A program made the translations under genes and the position numbers. Source: a virus (Duplodnaviria; Heunggongvirae; Uroviricota; Caudoviricetes). Taken from it: DNA of 6,928 nt. The notes under the pieces were generated by a model that was not told where the DNA came from, searched no databases, and saw only the letters and a program-made list of their open reading frames with translations. The DNA lies in IMG/VR virus record IMGVR_UViG_2675903352_000017, positions 1 through 6,928 of that record, one strand, 5' to 3'. This document shows positions 1 to 5,928 of the stretch, one piece after another. Position 1 is the first letter of the stretch. Each line of letters opens with the position of its first letter.

Positions 1-138
1 AAAGGCCCCATAAGGCGCTCGCGCTAATGACACCCGTGGAATATATTTTAAGAGAGAACAAAAATTGCAATATGTGGTGGACCCATACATCTCCTTGCCT
101 TTCGGCACGTAAGAGGCTAACCTACATGTGTCTAGCAT
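1..138 (-). CDS. Partial hypothetical protein, 5' end only; the frame runs off the window start
   Basis: ATG at 138..136 on the - strand, preceded by GAGG (150..147) with an 8-nt spacer and an in-frame upstream stop. The frame stays open for 46 codons to position 1 (MLDTCRLASYVPKGKEMYGSTTYCNFCSLLKYIPRVSLARAPYGAF...). No family recognised; too short for the ORF track. Confidence 0.2.
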   Translation of the reverse strand, partial: MLDTCRLASYVPKGKEMYGSTTYCNFCSLLKYIPRVSLARAPYGAF

Positions 139-202
139 GAAATTGGCCTCAGATTAATGTTAAGCGTCTTGCAGGACGCGTAATGTTAACTGGGGCTTTT
201 CT

Positions 203-238
203 CTATCTGCCGTTGGTGTTCATGCCCGAGGCAGATAG
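203..238. repeat. 9-bp perfect inverted repeat CTATCTGCC / GGCAGATAG separated by 18 bp
   Basis: Read directly: 203..211 CTATCTGCC and 230..238 GGCAGATAG are exact reverse complements. No U/T run follows on either strand, so it is not an intrinsic terminator; it could be a protein-binding site or an RNA stem. Confidence 0.35.
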
Positions 239-292
239 CCTCAAGCACCCACAGCCATTCTACTTAACTACCGTTACCTCGCCAATATGAAA

Positions 293-397
293 TCAGTCAG
301 AAAGGCGATCCATAAGAACAACAGCAAGGCAATAAATTGCCATTACAGCAGCAATAGCCAGCGCACATTTCAGAACCAGCACAATGACCTCCCACAT
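293..397 (-). CDS. Small hydrophobic peptide, about 29-42 aa with one predicted transmembrane helix; hypothetical
   Basis: - strand frame MWEVIVLVLKCALAIAAVMAIYCLAVVLMDRLSD, stop TGA at 295..293. Three in-frame starts are possible: TTG 421..419 (AGGAGG about 10 nt upstream), ATG 397..395 (no SD), GTG 382..380 (GGGAGG 393..388, 5-nt spacer). It overlaps the listed + strand ORF 287..481 antisense, so which strand codes is unresolved. Confidence 0.25.
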   Translation of the reverse strand: MWEVIVLVLKCALAIAAVMAIYCLAVVLMDRLSD

Positions 398-493
398 TTG
401 ACGTACACGTGCATGATTCAATATGTGGCAACCTCCTCCTTGCTTCAATGCAAAATCAAGTATTGTTGTATAACTATTTAACCAACTCCCTAT

Positions 494-537
494 CCCCGCA
501 TCTCAGGCGCCCAACTTATGTGTGCGGGGCGTTTTTT
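494..537 (+). terminator. Putative rho-independent terminator on the + strand
   Basis: GC-rich stem options CCCCGCA (494..500) / TGCGGGG (523..529), or CGCCC (508..512) / GGGCG (527..531), followed directly by T6 at 532..537. On the - strand the hairpin is followed by AUAGGGAG, not a U tract, so it is directional for + strand transcripts. Confidence 0.4.
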
Positions 538-543
538 AATACC

Positions 544-627
544 TTACCCCCAGCGGCAAATCAAATACACCACCAGCGCCACCGCCAGTGCAATACCTAC
601 TGTTGTGAATGCCTCAGGCCAGCTCAT
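544..627 (-). CDS. 27-aa predicted single-pass membrane peptide; hypothetical, last gene of a three-gene operon
   Basis: ATG at 627..625, translation MSWPEAFTTVGIALAVALVVYLICRWG, stop TAA 546..544. A strong SD AGGAGG sits inside the last two Arg codons of the upstream 115-aa gene, 7 nt before the ATG. Hydrophobic core with a basic C-terminus. Below the ORF-track size cutoff. Confidence 0.45.
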   Translation of the reverse strand: MSWPEAFTTVGIALAVALVVYLICRWG

Positions 628-631
628 TGAT

Positions 632-979
632 TCACCTCCTTCGTGGTTCTGGTAGCGGCATCCAGTCGGTTACATTGCGGCTCTGTGTTTCAAAAAATTC
701 ATTACCATTGCGGACAATATCGAAAAACTCACCGTCTCGATATTGCGCATGAAGAACGAATGCGCCATCACATAAAATAATTACGTGCTGACCATCACCT
801 AGCATTCGCTCACTACAGCTTATCCAACCGCCCGAAGTTACCGGAGAGTTGCCAGTCTTACGCATGGCAATCTCCACGATTTCAACCATATCTCCTGGTG
901 GAATTTTACAGTGCTGACCCAAATGCCTCTGCTGCCTGGCATACTCAAGGATGTGCTCCAGTTTGATTCGATTAATCAT
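632..979 (-). CDS. Hypothetical protein, 115 aa, second gene of the coupled operon
   Basis: Complete ORF from the track. Its ATG (979..977) overlaps the TGA stop of the upstream 135-aa gene as ATGA; GGAG lies 7 nt upstream. No family recognised from the sequence (MINRIKLEHILEYARQQRHLGQ...). Confidence 0.7.
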   Translation of the reverse strand: MINRIKLEHILEYARQQRHLGQHCKIPPGDMVEIVEIAMRKTGNSPVTSGGWISCSERMLGDGQHVIILCDGAFVLHAQYRDGEFFDIVRNGNEFFETQSRNVTDWMPLPEPRRR

Positions 980-1383
980 GATTTATCTCCCTTAAGCATG
1001 GCTGCACGACAGGCCTCTTTGAGCACCCAGTCAACCGCGTCTTTCCATGCTCCGGTTTCGACTGGCGGATTTTCACGCTTAACCTGTTCATAGAAACGCA
1101 CTGCTTTAATCAATCCTTCTGGTGTCAGTGACACAGGTGTAGCGGTGAATAGAGGTTTAGGTGTTATCTCTGCACGTTTTGCGTATGCATCAACTGTGTC
1201 AGGATTAAACAGGATTATGTTTTCGCCGTATTCCCACGCTATCGGCTCTGCTTCCAGCGATGCCAGAGCAATTTTGAATAACTCACCCTCTACTCGTGCC
1301 ACCCCTGAATTGGGGTGGCATTTCGCAATCGCTATTTTTAATTTAGCTTCTTCGATTAATTGCTCTTTTGTTAATTCAGTCAT
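976..1383 (-). CDS. Hypothetical protein, 135 aa, first gene of the coupled operon
   Basis: Complete ORF from the track (MTELTKEQLIEEAKLKIAIAKCHPNSG...). It follows a 158-bp AT-rich intergenic region and is same-strand coupled to the 115-aa gene. No family recognised. Confidence 0.7.
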   Translation of the reverse strand: MTELTKEQLIEEAKLKIAIAKCHPNSGVARVEGELFKIALASLEAEPIAWEYGENIILFNPDTVDAYAKRAEITPKPLFTATPVSLTPEGLIKAVRFYEQVKRENPPVETGAWKDAVDWVLKEACRAAMLKGDKS

Positions 1384-1392
1384 TTTTCATTA

Positions 1393-1408
1393 CCGCCCTT
1401 TCGGGCGG
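1393..1408 (-). other. GC-rich hairpin with a GAAA (GNRA) tetraloop in the 5' leader of the 135-aa gene
   Basis: - strand RNA reads AGGAGG-CCGCCC-GAAA-GGGCGG-UAAUGAAAAAUGACU. A 6-bp GC stem (1393..1398 / 1403..1408) lies between an AGGAGG motif (1420..1415) and the start codon at 1383. A 4-codon mini-ORF (ATG AAA AAT GAC TGA, from 1390) overlaps the real start. No U tract follows, so it is not a classic terminator. Confidence 0.3.
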
Positions 1409-1541
1409 CCTCCTGATGTTTTGAGGGTGCAGGAATCCCTCCTGTTAAGGATTAAATTTTATTTACAGTGCTGAGATTAATTATTCAGATTTGAATTATG
1501 TTTTCTCTTTCACTTCACGCAGTCCTGATTGTTAATTTGGC

Positions 1542-1958
1542 TCACAGTACCACCTCCTGCAAACTTCCCTTCCAGAAAGCCAGCACGCGCTGCATAGTTT
1601 CGCTCTGACGGCACTCTCGGCAAATTATGTTCTGTCTCCTGTTGTAACGGCGTATCTCGCTATCTGGCAATGAATAAACCAGGTCGGGGTCGTTCTTCTT
1701 TTTCACTGCCGCTCTCGACATTTTTTTGCAGGCTTTTATCCAGTCCTTACGAGCCTGTTCTGAAGGAAATATTCCATGGCCTGAACCATATAGCGTGCCA
1801 CTAACTACCAGCTCTTTCGCCAGAACTTCTATCAGGTGTCTCGTTGCTCCGGTTTCATCCTCCAGTTGCTTACGTGTTTTCCTCCCATCTCTGCGCACCA
1901 GTTCCACAATACGCGCCTTCAGTTGCTCCCGATATTCAGGTGTAAAAACGTTTCTCAT
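1542..1958 (-). CDS. Hypothetical protein, 138 aa from the ATG at 1958; the longest ORF begins at 2015 (157 aa)
   Basis: Track ORF 1542..2015. The internal ATG at 1958..1956 is preceded by GGTGAGG with a 5-nt spacer and avoids a 50-nt overlap with the upstream gene, so it is the preferred start. Product MRNVFTPEYREQLKARIVELVRRDGRKTRKQLEDETG...; basic, no family recognised. Confidence 0.6.
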   Translation of the reverse strand: MRNVFTPEYREQLKARIVELVRRDGRKTRKQLEDETGATRHLIEVLAKELVVSGTLYGSGHGIFPSEQARKDWIKACKKMSRAAVKKKNDPDLVYSLPDSEIRRYNRRQNIICRECRQSETMQRVLAFWKGSLQEVVL

Positions 1959-1965
1959 AAGTGCC

Positions 1966-2727
1966 TCACCTTTCCGACACAACGCGACTGGAGGAATCGA
2001 CAATCTGTCGGACAATATCCCGGTGTTTATTCAGCTCCCGCAGCGCGGCGCAGACGCGCTCCCACTTCTGGACATGATTTTTCGCCCGGCGCAGTTCGCG
2101 GTTTGCCAAATGCAGCGATGGTAAAATCAGGTCATCCGCCCGCGTTTCGGTGAACGATGGCAGCGACTGCACAATGTCCGCCACAGTTTCTGTTTTAATT
2201 TCTTCCTGTGTTACAGTTTCCTGTGCTGGTAACGCAACACCTGCTGGCTGAGGAAAGGCTTTACCATCTGTTTCCGTTACCAATGCGGCTTTCGGCTCTG
2301 CTGGTAAATTATCGTCCGGCATGCAGTAACGAAATTTACCGTTCTGATTTACGCGAATCAGGCGACCTTTGCTGATTGCCTGAGCCAACGTTGAAGCCAC
2401 TTTGCGTGATGTGATACCGAACAGCGTAGCCAGCTCATCAGCCGTTTGTGGTCCGCGTTGTTCAATCGTCGCCGTTAAATCGCACTCTGAGATTTTCGCT
2501 ACTGTTGCCGTGGTAGTTTCTTCATGAAATTCAGCCCGGGATGCTTGTTCCTGCTGAGCATTGCTACCAGCCACACGCCAGGTGTACGCGGTTTTATCAA
2601 CGAAACCAGATTTTTTCAGTTCCCACAGCTCATTCAGTACCTCTTCACGACTGATATCAAGTCGCGCAGCAAGTTCTATGGATGTGGCCTTTCCCATCGC
2701 TTTCAGTGCGTCAAAAACAGTCTCCAT
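1966..2727 (-). CDS. Hypothetical DNA-binding protein, 253 aa from the ATG at 2727; the longest ORF begins at 2778 (270 aa)
   Basis: Track ORF 1966..2778. The internal ATG 2727..2725 is preceded by GGAGG (2740..2736) with an 8-nt spacer and removes the 29-nt overlap with the DnaC-like gene. The N-terminus ([43 protein letters not shown]) and a second segment ([32 protein letters not shown]) look like winged-helix/HTH motifs; that reading is inference. Confidence 0.65.
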   Translation of the reverse strand: METVFDALKAMGKATSIELAARLDISREEVLNELWELKKSGFVDKTAYTWRVAGSNAQQEQASRAEFHEETTTATVAKISECDLTATIEQRGPQTADELATLFGITSRKVASTLAQAISKGRLIRVNQNGKFRYCMPDDNLPAEPKAALVTETDGKAFPQPAGVALPAQETVTQEEIKTETVADIVQSLPSFTETRADDLILPSLHLANRELRRAKNHVQKWERVCAALRELNKHRDIVRQIVDSSSRVVSER

Positions 2728-2749
2728 TAAAATTTCCTCCCGGTAAAAA

Positions 2750-3496
2750 TCACTTCGTGATTCCTGGCTGGACGACATTCGGGCGCCAGCTTTCCCAGTT
2801 AAAAGTCACCCAGCGCCCGCCGTTCATGGTCATGCGATCCATAATCCTCTCGCCGAGCAACGTTTTCATGGCCTCATAGTTCAGGTTTGTCAGCATCCCC
2901 ATACTGCGCATCGATGCTGTCCGGCGATCAACAATCTGATGCAGCACCACCTGCTCGTTTTTCGTCTCACGCTGAATGCCAATTTCATCAAGAACCAGCA
3001 GATCCACTTCGCACAGTTCCCGCAAAAATTTTTCGCCTGACTGCCCGTCGTCATAGCTGGCGTGCAGGGCACTCATAACATCAGCCACAGTAACCACTAT
3101 CACTGTCTGGCCGTCTTTCAGCAGGCGATTCCCGATAGCCGCCGCCAGATGGTTTTTTCCGGTACCAGGTTTTCCGCTGAACGCGAAATTTGTGCATCCG
3201 GTCATCAGTTCATCAGCGATGGATTTCGCCTGACTTAACGCGTATCGCTGGCCGTCGTTCTGTACATGGTAATTCGCAAACGAGCATTTACGGTGCAACG
3301 GCTGGATGCCTGAGCGATTCAGAATTTTTTCCACCCGCAACTGGCGATTCAGGCGGTTGATCTCCTCGCTACGCTTCTGGCCTTCAGCAAGTTGCCACTC
3401 GCGCCACTCCGCTACCGTTCTGAATGGGGCGGTTACATGTGGCGGGGTCAGTCTGCGGATACGTTCCAGAACGCCGCCTGTCGCAATATTTTTCAT
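2750..3496 (-). CDS. ydaV: DnaC-family replicative helicase loader (AAA+ ATPase)
   Basis: 248 aa. Walker [18 protein letters not shown], Walker [10 protein letters not shown], and C-terminal [21 protein letters not shown]...[10 protein letters not shown] align along the full length with E. coli DnaC as I recall it. It follows the initiator gene after a 6-nt gap. The symbol is given from family plus synteny with Rac (ydaU-ydaV). Confidence 0.92.
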   Translation of the reverse strand: MKNIATGGVLERIRRLTPPHVTAPFRTVAEWREWQLAEGQKRSEEINRLNRQLRVEKILNRSGIQPLHRKCSFANYHVQNDGQRYALSQAKSIADELMTGCTNFAFSGKPGTGKNHLAAAIGNRLLKDGQTVIVVTVADVMSALHASYDDGQSGEKFLRELCEVDLLVLDEIGIQRETKNEQVVLHQIVDRRTASMRSMGMLTNLNYEAMKTLLGERIMDRMTMNGGRWVTFNWESWRPNVVQPGITK

Positions 3497-3502
3497 GGTT
3501 CG

Positions 3503-4465
3503 TTACCCCCTGAACCCCGGAGGAATTTCGGTGTCCGGTTCAGAAATATGATTCACACAACGCTGTACAGGTGAACGCCCCAGGCGGATGACCAGTTCGT
3601 CCCATTTTTCGCGGAGCTTTGACGGGCTCATGATGTTTTTTACCCAGAATGGATCCCGCTGTACCCGCCCAAACATTTCGCAAATTTGTCTGTGAGTTCT
3701 GCCATCCAGCATCCGCATTGTGCGCACGTCATTGGCCCACGCGGTCCAGTTTGGTTCTTTCGGTCGCGTGATCTCGCCATCATCGCTGGCCGCCTGCTCG
3801 TAAAGACTCACGATTCGTCCCCAGATCCACTGTGCGCACGCCAAATCTTCCTGACTTCCCCACTGGCGTTTTTTCGCACTGAACACAACCGCATCAGGGT
3901 GTCGGGTTAAAAAATCCTGTTCAGCCGTCTGCGGGTCCGGTTGCGAAGCGTCCGGACAAGAAGATCTTTTATCTGATGGATCAGATTTTAATACTGACGG
4001 ATCGGGGTCAATCATCGCCCCCCTAACCGACCGTTTTTTATCAACGGTTGATCCATCAAAATTTGACGGGTCAACCGTTGAGGGGTCAATATTTGACGGG
4101 TCAACCGTTAACGGGTCATTTTTTGCCGGGCTAATTTTTCTTTTCGGTTTATATGCCTCTCGCGCCGCCGCTGCTGCAGCTTCGAGTTTTTCCACATTAA
4201 GCCGGTAGATATTGCTTACGTTACGTCCGCCAACCTTACGCTCTTCCTTTGTCAGCCAGCCGCTTTTTTCCAGTTCCGCTATCGCCGCTTTAACCGTTGA
4301 TTCACTCTTTGCCCCAATCTGACGACGAATGGTCTCTACTGCAGGCCATGACACACCTTCATCATTGCTGTAGTCTGCAAGACGAGCCATCACTGCCACC
4401 CTGGATAAGATCATGCCGGTGAAGGCACACCCTTCCCAGACAAGACCATGAAGCTTGCTGCTCAT
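3503..4465 (-). CDS. Phage replication initiator (O-like origin-binding protein; YdaU-like by position)
   Basis: 320 aa. N-terminal winged-helix pattern typical of phage/plasmid replication initiators (ILSRVAVMARLADYSNDEGVSWPAVETIRRQIGAKSESTVKAAIAELEKSGWL). Central repetitive linker PLTVDPSNIDPSTVDPSNFDGSTVD is encoded by the iteron DNA. Sits immediately upstream of the DnaC-like loader. Confidence 0.8.
   Translation of the reverse strand: MSSKLHGLVWEGCAFTGMILSRVAVMARLADYSNDEGVSWPAVETIRRQIGAKSESTVKAAIAELEKSGWLTKEERKVGGRNVSNIYRLNVEKLEAAAAAAREAYKPKRKISPAKNDPLTVDPSNIDPSTVDPSNFDGSTVDKKRSVRGAMIDPDPSVLKSDPSDKRSSCPDASQPDPQTAEQDFLTRHPDAVVFSAKKRQWGSQEDLACAQWIWGRIVSLYEQAASDDGEITRPKEPNWTAWANDVRTMRMLDGRTHRQICEMFGRVQRDPFWVKNIMSPSKLREKWDELVIRLGRSPVQRCVNHISEPDTEIPPGFRG
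3995..4155. repeat. Putative origin of replication: iteron cluster and adjacent AT-rich tract inside the initiator gene
   Basis: Perfect 19-bp direct repeat ATTTGACGGGTCAACCGTT at 4061..4079 and 4091..4109. Related partial copies: TGACGGATCGGGGTCA 3995..4010, TCAACGGTTGA 4041..4051 (inverted relative to 4071..4081), GGGGTCAAT 4082..4090, ACGGGTCA 4111..4118. An AT-rich stretch follows at 4118..4155, and several GATC sites sit at 3979..4052. Same logic as lambda ori lying inside gene O. Confidence 0.6.
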
Positions 4466-4488
4466 AAAAAACCCCGAACACCGTGCTT

Positions 4489-4914
4489 TTAGTGCATCAC
4501 CACGGCATTTCCTGCCGGGCCACCGCGATTAATCTGGTTGAAACCAGCAATTGCCACCGCAATAAAATCATCTGCATCCCTCACCAGCCGCTCCCGCGTC
4601 TCCAGCAGCTCCCGAAAATAGGCTGAACTGTGACTGCGCATTCGGGCCACCAGCAGAGGCGGCATTGCCTTTTCGATCGCAGGTAACAACGCCTGAATTT
4701 TTTTAACCGCATCAGGGGTGTCTTTCTCCACCCAGCGGAAAATTTTCTGAGTATTGCGAGCCAGGGCTTCAGGATGGCTGTCGTCATATAATTCCGGGAA
4801 CGTCATACCCAGCTCAAAATAAGCTCGGGTTATTTCAGCCGCCGGAACTTTTTCGCCATCAGGACGCGCCCAGGCATTCATCGCCATGCGGATGTGTTCA
4901 TGCTTGATTTTCAT
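4489..4914 (-). CDS. ydaT: YdaT-like protein (proposed CII-like regulator / toxic product of the Rac early-right operon)
   Basis: 141 aa, immediately downstream of the Cro-like gene and upstream of the initiator, matching the size and position of Rac ydaT (about 140 aa). Assigned by synteny and size; I cannot verify the sequence match from memory. Confidence 0.6.
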   Translation of the reverse strand: MKIKHEHIRMAMNAWARPDGEKVPAAEITRAYFELGMTFPELYDDSHPEALARNTQKIFRWVEKDTPDAVKKIQALLPAIEKAMPPLLVARMRSHSSAYFRELLETRERLVRDADDFIAVAIAGFNQINRGGPAGNAVVMH

Positions 4915-4936
4915 GAATCATTTGCCTCTTGATGTT

Positions 4937-5233
4937 TCAGGTATGATCAAATGAGGATTTGTTACTGTCATTTAGTTGCTTCACTGACATATTCTGCGAA
5001 TAACATGCCGAACGTCGTAAATATGACCAGTCAATATCAGGACGAAGTTCTTCGCACAGAACGTCACCTCTTGTTGCACGTTCAATTGCTGGACATCTCT
5101 CTGCAGGCAATTGACGTACCCCTTTGATCCATTGATTTACGCTTGGAGGTGATACACCTAAAAGCCTAGCCATTGCTGATTGCCCACCGACAACAGCACA
5201 AGCTCGCTTGAATGAATAGTTCTCTTTTTTCAT
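4937..5233 (-). CDS. ydaS: Cro/YdaS-family HTH DNA-binding protein, first gene of the early-right operon
   Basis: 98 aa; MKKENYSFKRACAVVGGQSAMARLLGVSPPSVNQWIKGVRQLP... matches my recollection of E. coli K-12 Rac YdaS nearly residue for residue. HTH motif present. GGAG sits 8 nt before the ATG. Divergent from the repressor gene across the operator region. Confidence 0.8.
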   Translation of the reverse strand: MKKENYSFKRACAVVGGQSAMARLLGVSPPSVNQWIKGVRQLPAERCPAIERATRGDVLCEELRPDIDWSYLRRSACYSQNMSVKQLNDSNKSSFDHT

Positions 5234-5259
5234 CGAATGAACTCCAAAAACACACAGAG

Positions 5260-5289
5260 ATATTAGGCGACGCCTAATGCTAATGTCAA
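5260..5289 (-). promoter_or_regulatory. pR-like sigma70 promoter for the ydaS-ydaT-replication operon
   Basis: - strand -35 TTGACA (5289..5284), 18-bp spacer, -10 TAATAT (5265..5260). The -10 and spacer overlap operator O1. The predicted transcript start is about 20 nt upstream of the ydaS SD. Confidence 0.5.
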
Positions 5290-5329
5290 TAGGCTATGCC
5301 TAATGCAGTAAGAATAGGGATTGCCTAAT
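5262..5329. promoter_or_regulatory. OR-like tripartite operator: three 17-bp palindromic sites, consensus ATTAGGC-N3-GCCTAAT
   Basis: O1 5262..5278 ATTAGGCgacGCCTAAT (perfect inverted repeat); O2 5288..5304 AATAGGCtatGCCTAAT; O3 5313..5329 AATAGGGattGCCTAAT. Centres are 26 and 25 bp apart. The sites lie between the divergent repressor and Cro-like genes. Confidence 0.6.
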
Positions 5330-5334
5330 ACAAT
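5329..5334 (+). promoter_or_regulatory. Possible -10 element of a pRM-like repressor promoter (weak or absent -35)
   Basis: TACAAT at 5329..5334 on the + strand, about 7 nt before the racR SD AGGAG (5341..5345), with no good -35 hexamer 17 bp upstream. Resembles an activator-dependent pRM-type promoter next to O3. Speculative. Confidence 0.25.
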
Positions 5335-5356
5335 GAGCATAGGAGAATATTAAGCA

Positions 5357-5833
5357 ATGCTTAGTGGTAAAGACTTAGGCCGAGCAATAGAGCAGGCCAT
5401 TAACAAAAAAATCGCATCGGGATCCGTCAAATCAAAGGCGGAGGTCGCTCGCCACTTCAAAGTCCAACCACCATCAATCTATGACTGGATTAAGAAAGGC
5501 TCCATAAGTAAAGATAAACTTCCAGAATTATGGCGTTTCTTTTCTGATGTTGTTGGTCCAGAGCATTGGGGGCTTAACGAATACCCCATACCAACCCCCA
5601 CCAACTCAGATACAAAAAGTGAACTTTTAGACATAAACAACCTTTATCAGGCAGCCTCTGATGAAATAAGAGCGATTGTAGCTTTCCTGTTATCAGGAAA
5701 TGCTACAGAACCAGACTGGGTTGACCACGATGTTCGCGCCTACATAGCAGCGATGGAAATGAAAGTTGGTAAGTATCTGAAAGTTCTAGAATCTGAACGG
5801 AAAAGCCAGAACATCACAAAAACTGGAACTTAA
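5357..5833 (+). CDS. racR: Prophage repressor, RacR-type (cI functional analogue, HTH)
   Basis: 158 aa; MLSGKDLGRAIEQAINKKIASGSVKSKAEVARHFKVQPPSIYDWIKKG... matches my recollection of E. coli K-12 RacR in sequence and length. HTH near the N-terminus. Flanked on both sides by arrays of the same operator palindrome. Confidence 0.85.
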   Translation: MLSGKDLGRAIEQAINKKIASGSVKSKAEVARHFKVQPPSIYDWIKKGSISKDKLPELWRFFSDVVGPEHWGLNEYPIPTPTNSDTKSELLDINNLYQAASDEIRAIVAFLLSGNATEPDWVDHDVRAYIAAMEMKVGKYLKVLESERKSQNITKTGT

Positions 5834-5846
5834 ACTTATATGGTCT

Positions 5847-5876
5847 GACGGAAAACTCCTGGATTCCGTTATTTAA
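5847..5876 (+). terminator. Weak candidate terminator or stem-loop downstream of racR
   Basis: GACGGAA (5847..5853) pairs with TTCCGT (5864..5869) around a 10-nt loop, followed by TATTTAAT. Stem is short and the U tract imperfect. Confidence 0.2.
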
Positions 5877-5928
5877 TCCCTCCCATCACTTTTTTCATTC
5901 GCATCACCTATTGGGTTACGCCCAGAAC

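Noticed and set aside
287-630. + strand ORFs 287..481 (64 aa) and 409..630 (73 aa)
   Set aside because: No SD before either start, and the translations are low-complexity (N/S/Q/H/C-rich). The 409..630 ORF overlaps the strongly supported - strand 27-aa peptide. The 287..481 ORF is not fully excluded, since the + strand terminator at 494..537 would fit it; this ambiguity is flagged in the findings.
1393-1408. GC hairpin considered as a rho-independent terminator for the upstream gene
   Set aside because: On the transcribed (-) strand the stem is followed by UAAUGAAAAAUG rather than a U tract, and on the + strand no T run follows either. It is better read as a 5' leader structure.
911-1474. 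+ strand ORFs 911..1093 and 1145..1474
   Set aside because: Antisense to the coupled 135-aa/115-aa operon. The - strand genes show stop/start coupling and SD motifs; the + strand ORFs show none.
2890-3072. Same-strand nested ORF (60 aa) inside the DnaC-like gene, and a similar one at 4581..4787 inside the YdaT-like gene
   Set aside because: Out-of-frame ORFs wholly inside longer genes with clear family or synteny support; Cys/Trp/Arg-rich translations; no independent start signals.
1726-3910. Nine + strand ORFs of 60-132 aa (1726..2124, 1836..2153, 2524..2730, 2561..2746, 2682..2879, 2887..3078, 3306..3551, 3392..3574, 3686..3910)
   Set aside because: All lie antisense inside the well-supported - strand genes (DnaC-like loader, initiator, and the two hypothetical genes). 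They lack convincing SD/start contexts and have Ser/Arg/Pro-rich, low-complexity translations typical of shadow ORFs.
4013-4100. Amino-acid repeat DPSxIDPSTVDPS in the initiator, considered as a possible independent low-complexity domain or recent duplication
   Set aside because: It is fully explained by translation of the DNA iterons of the embedded origin, so it is not a separate feature.
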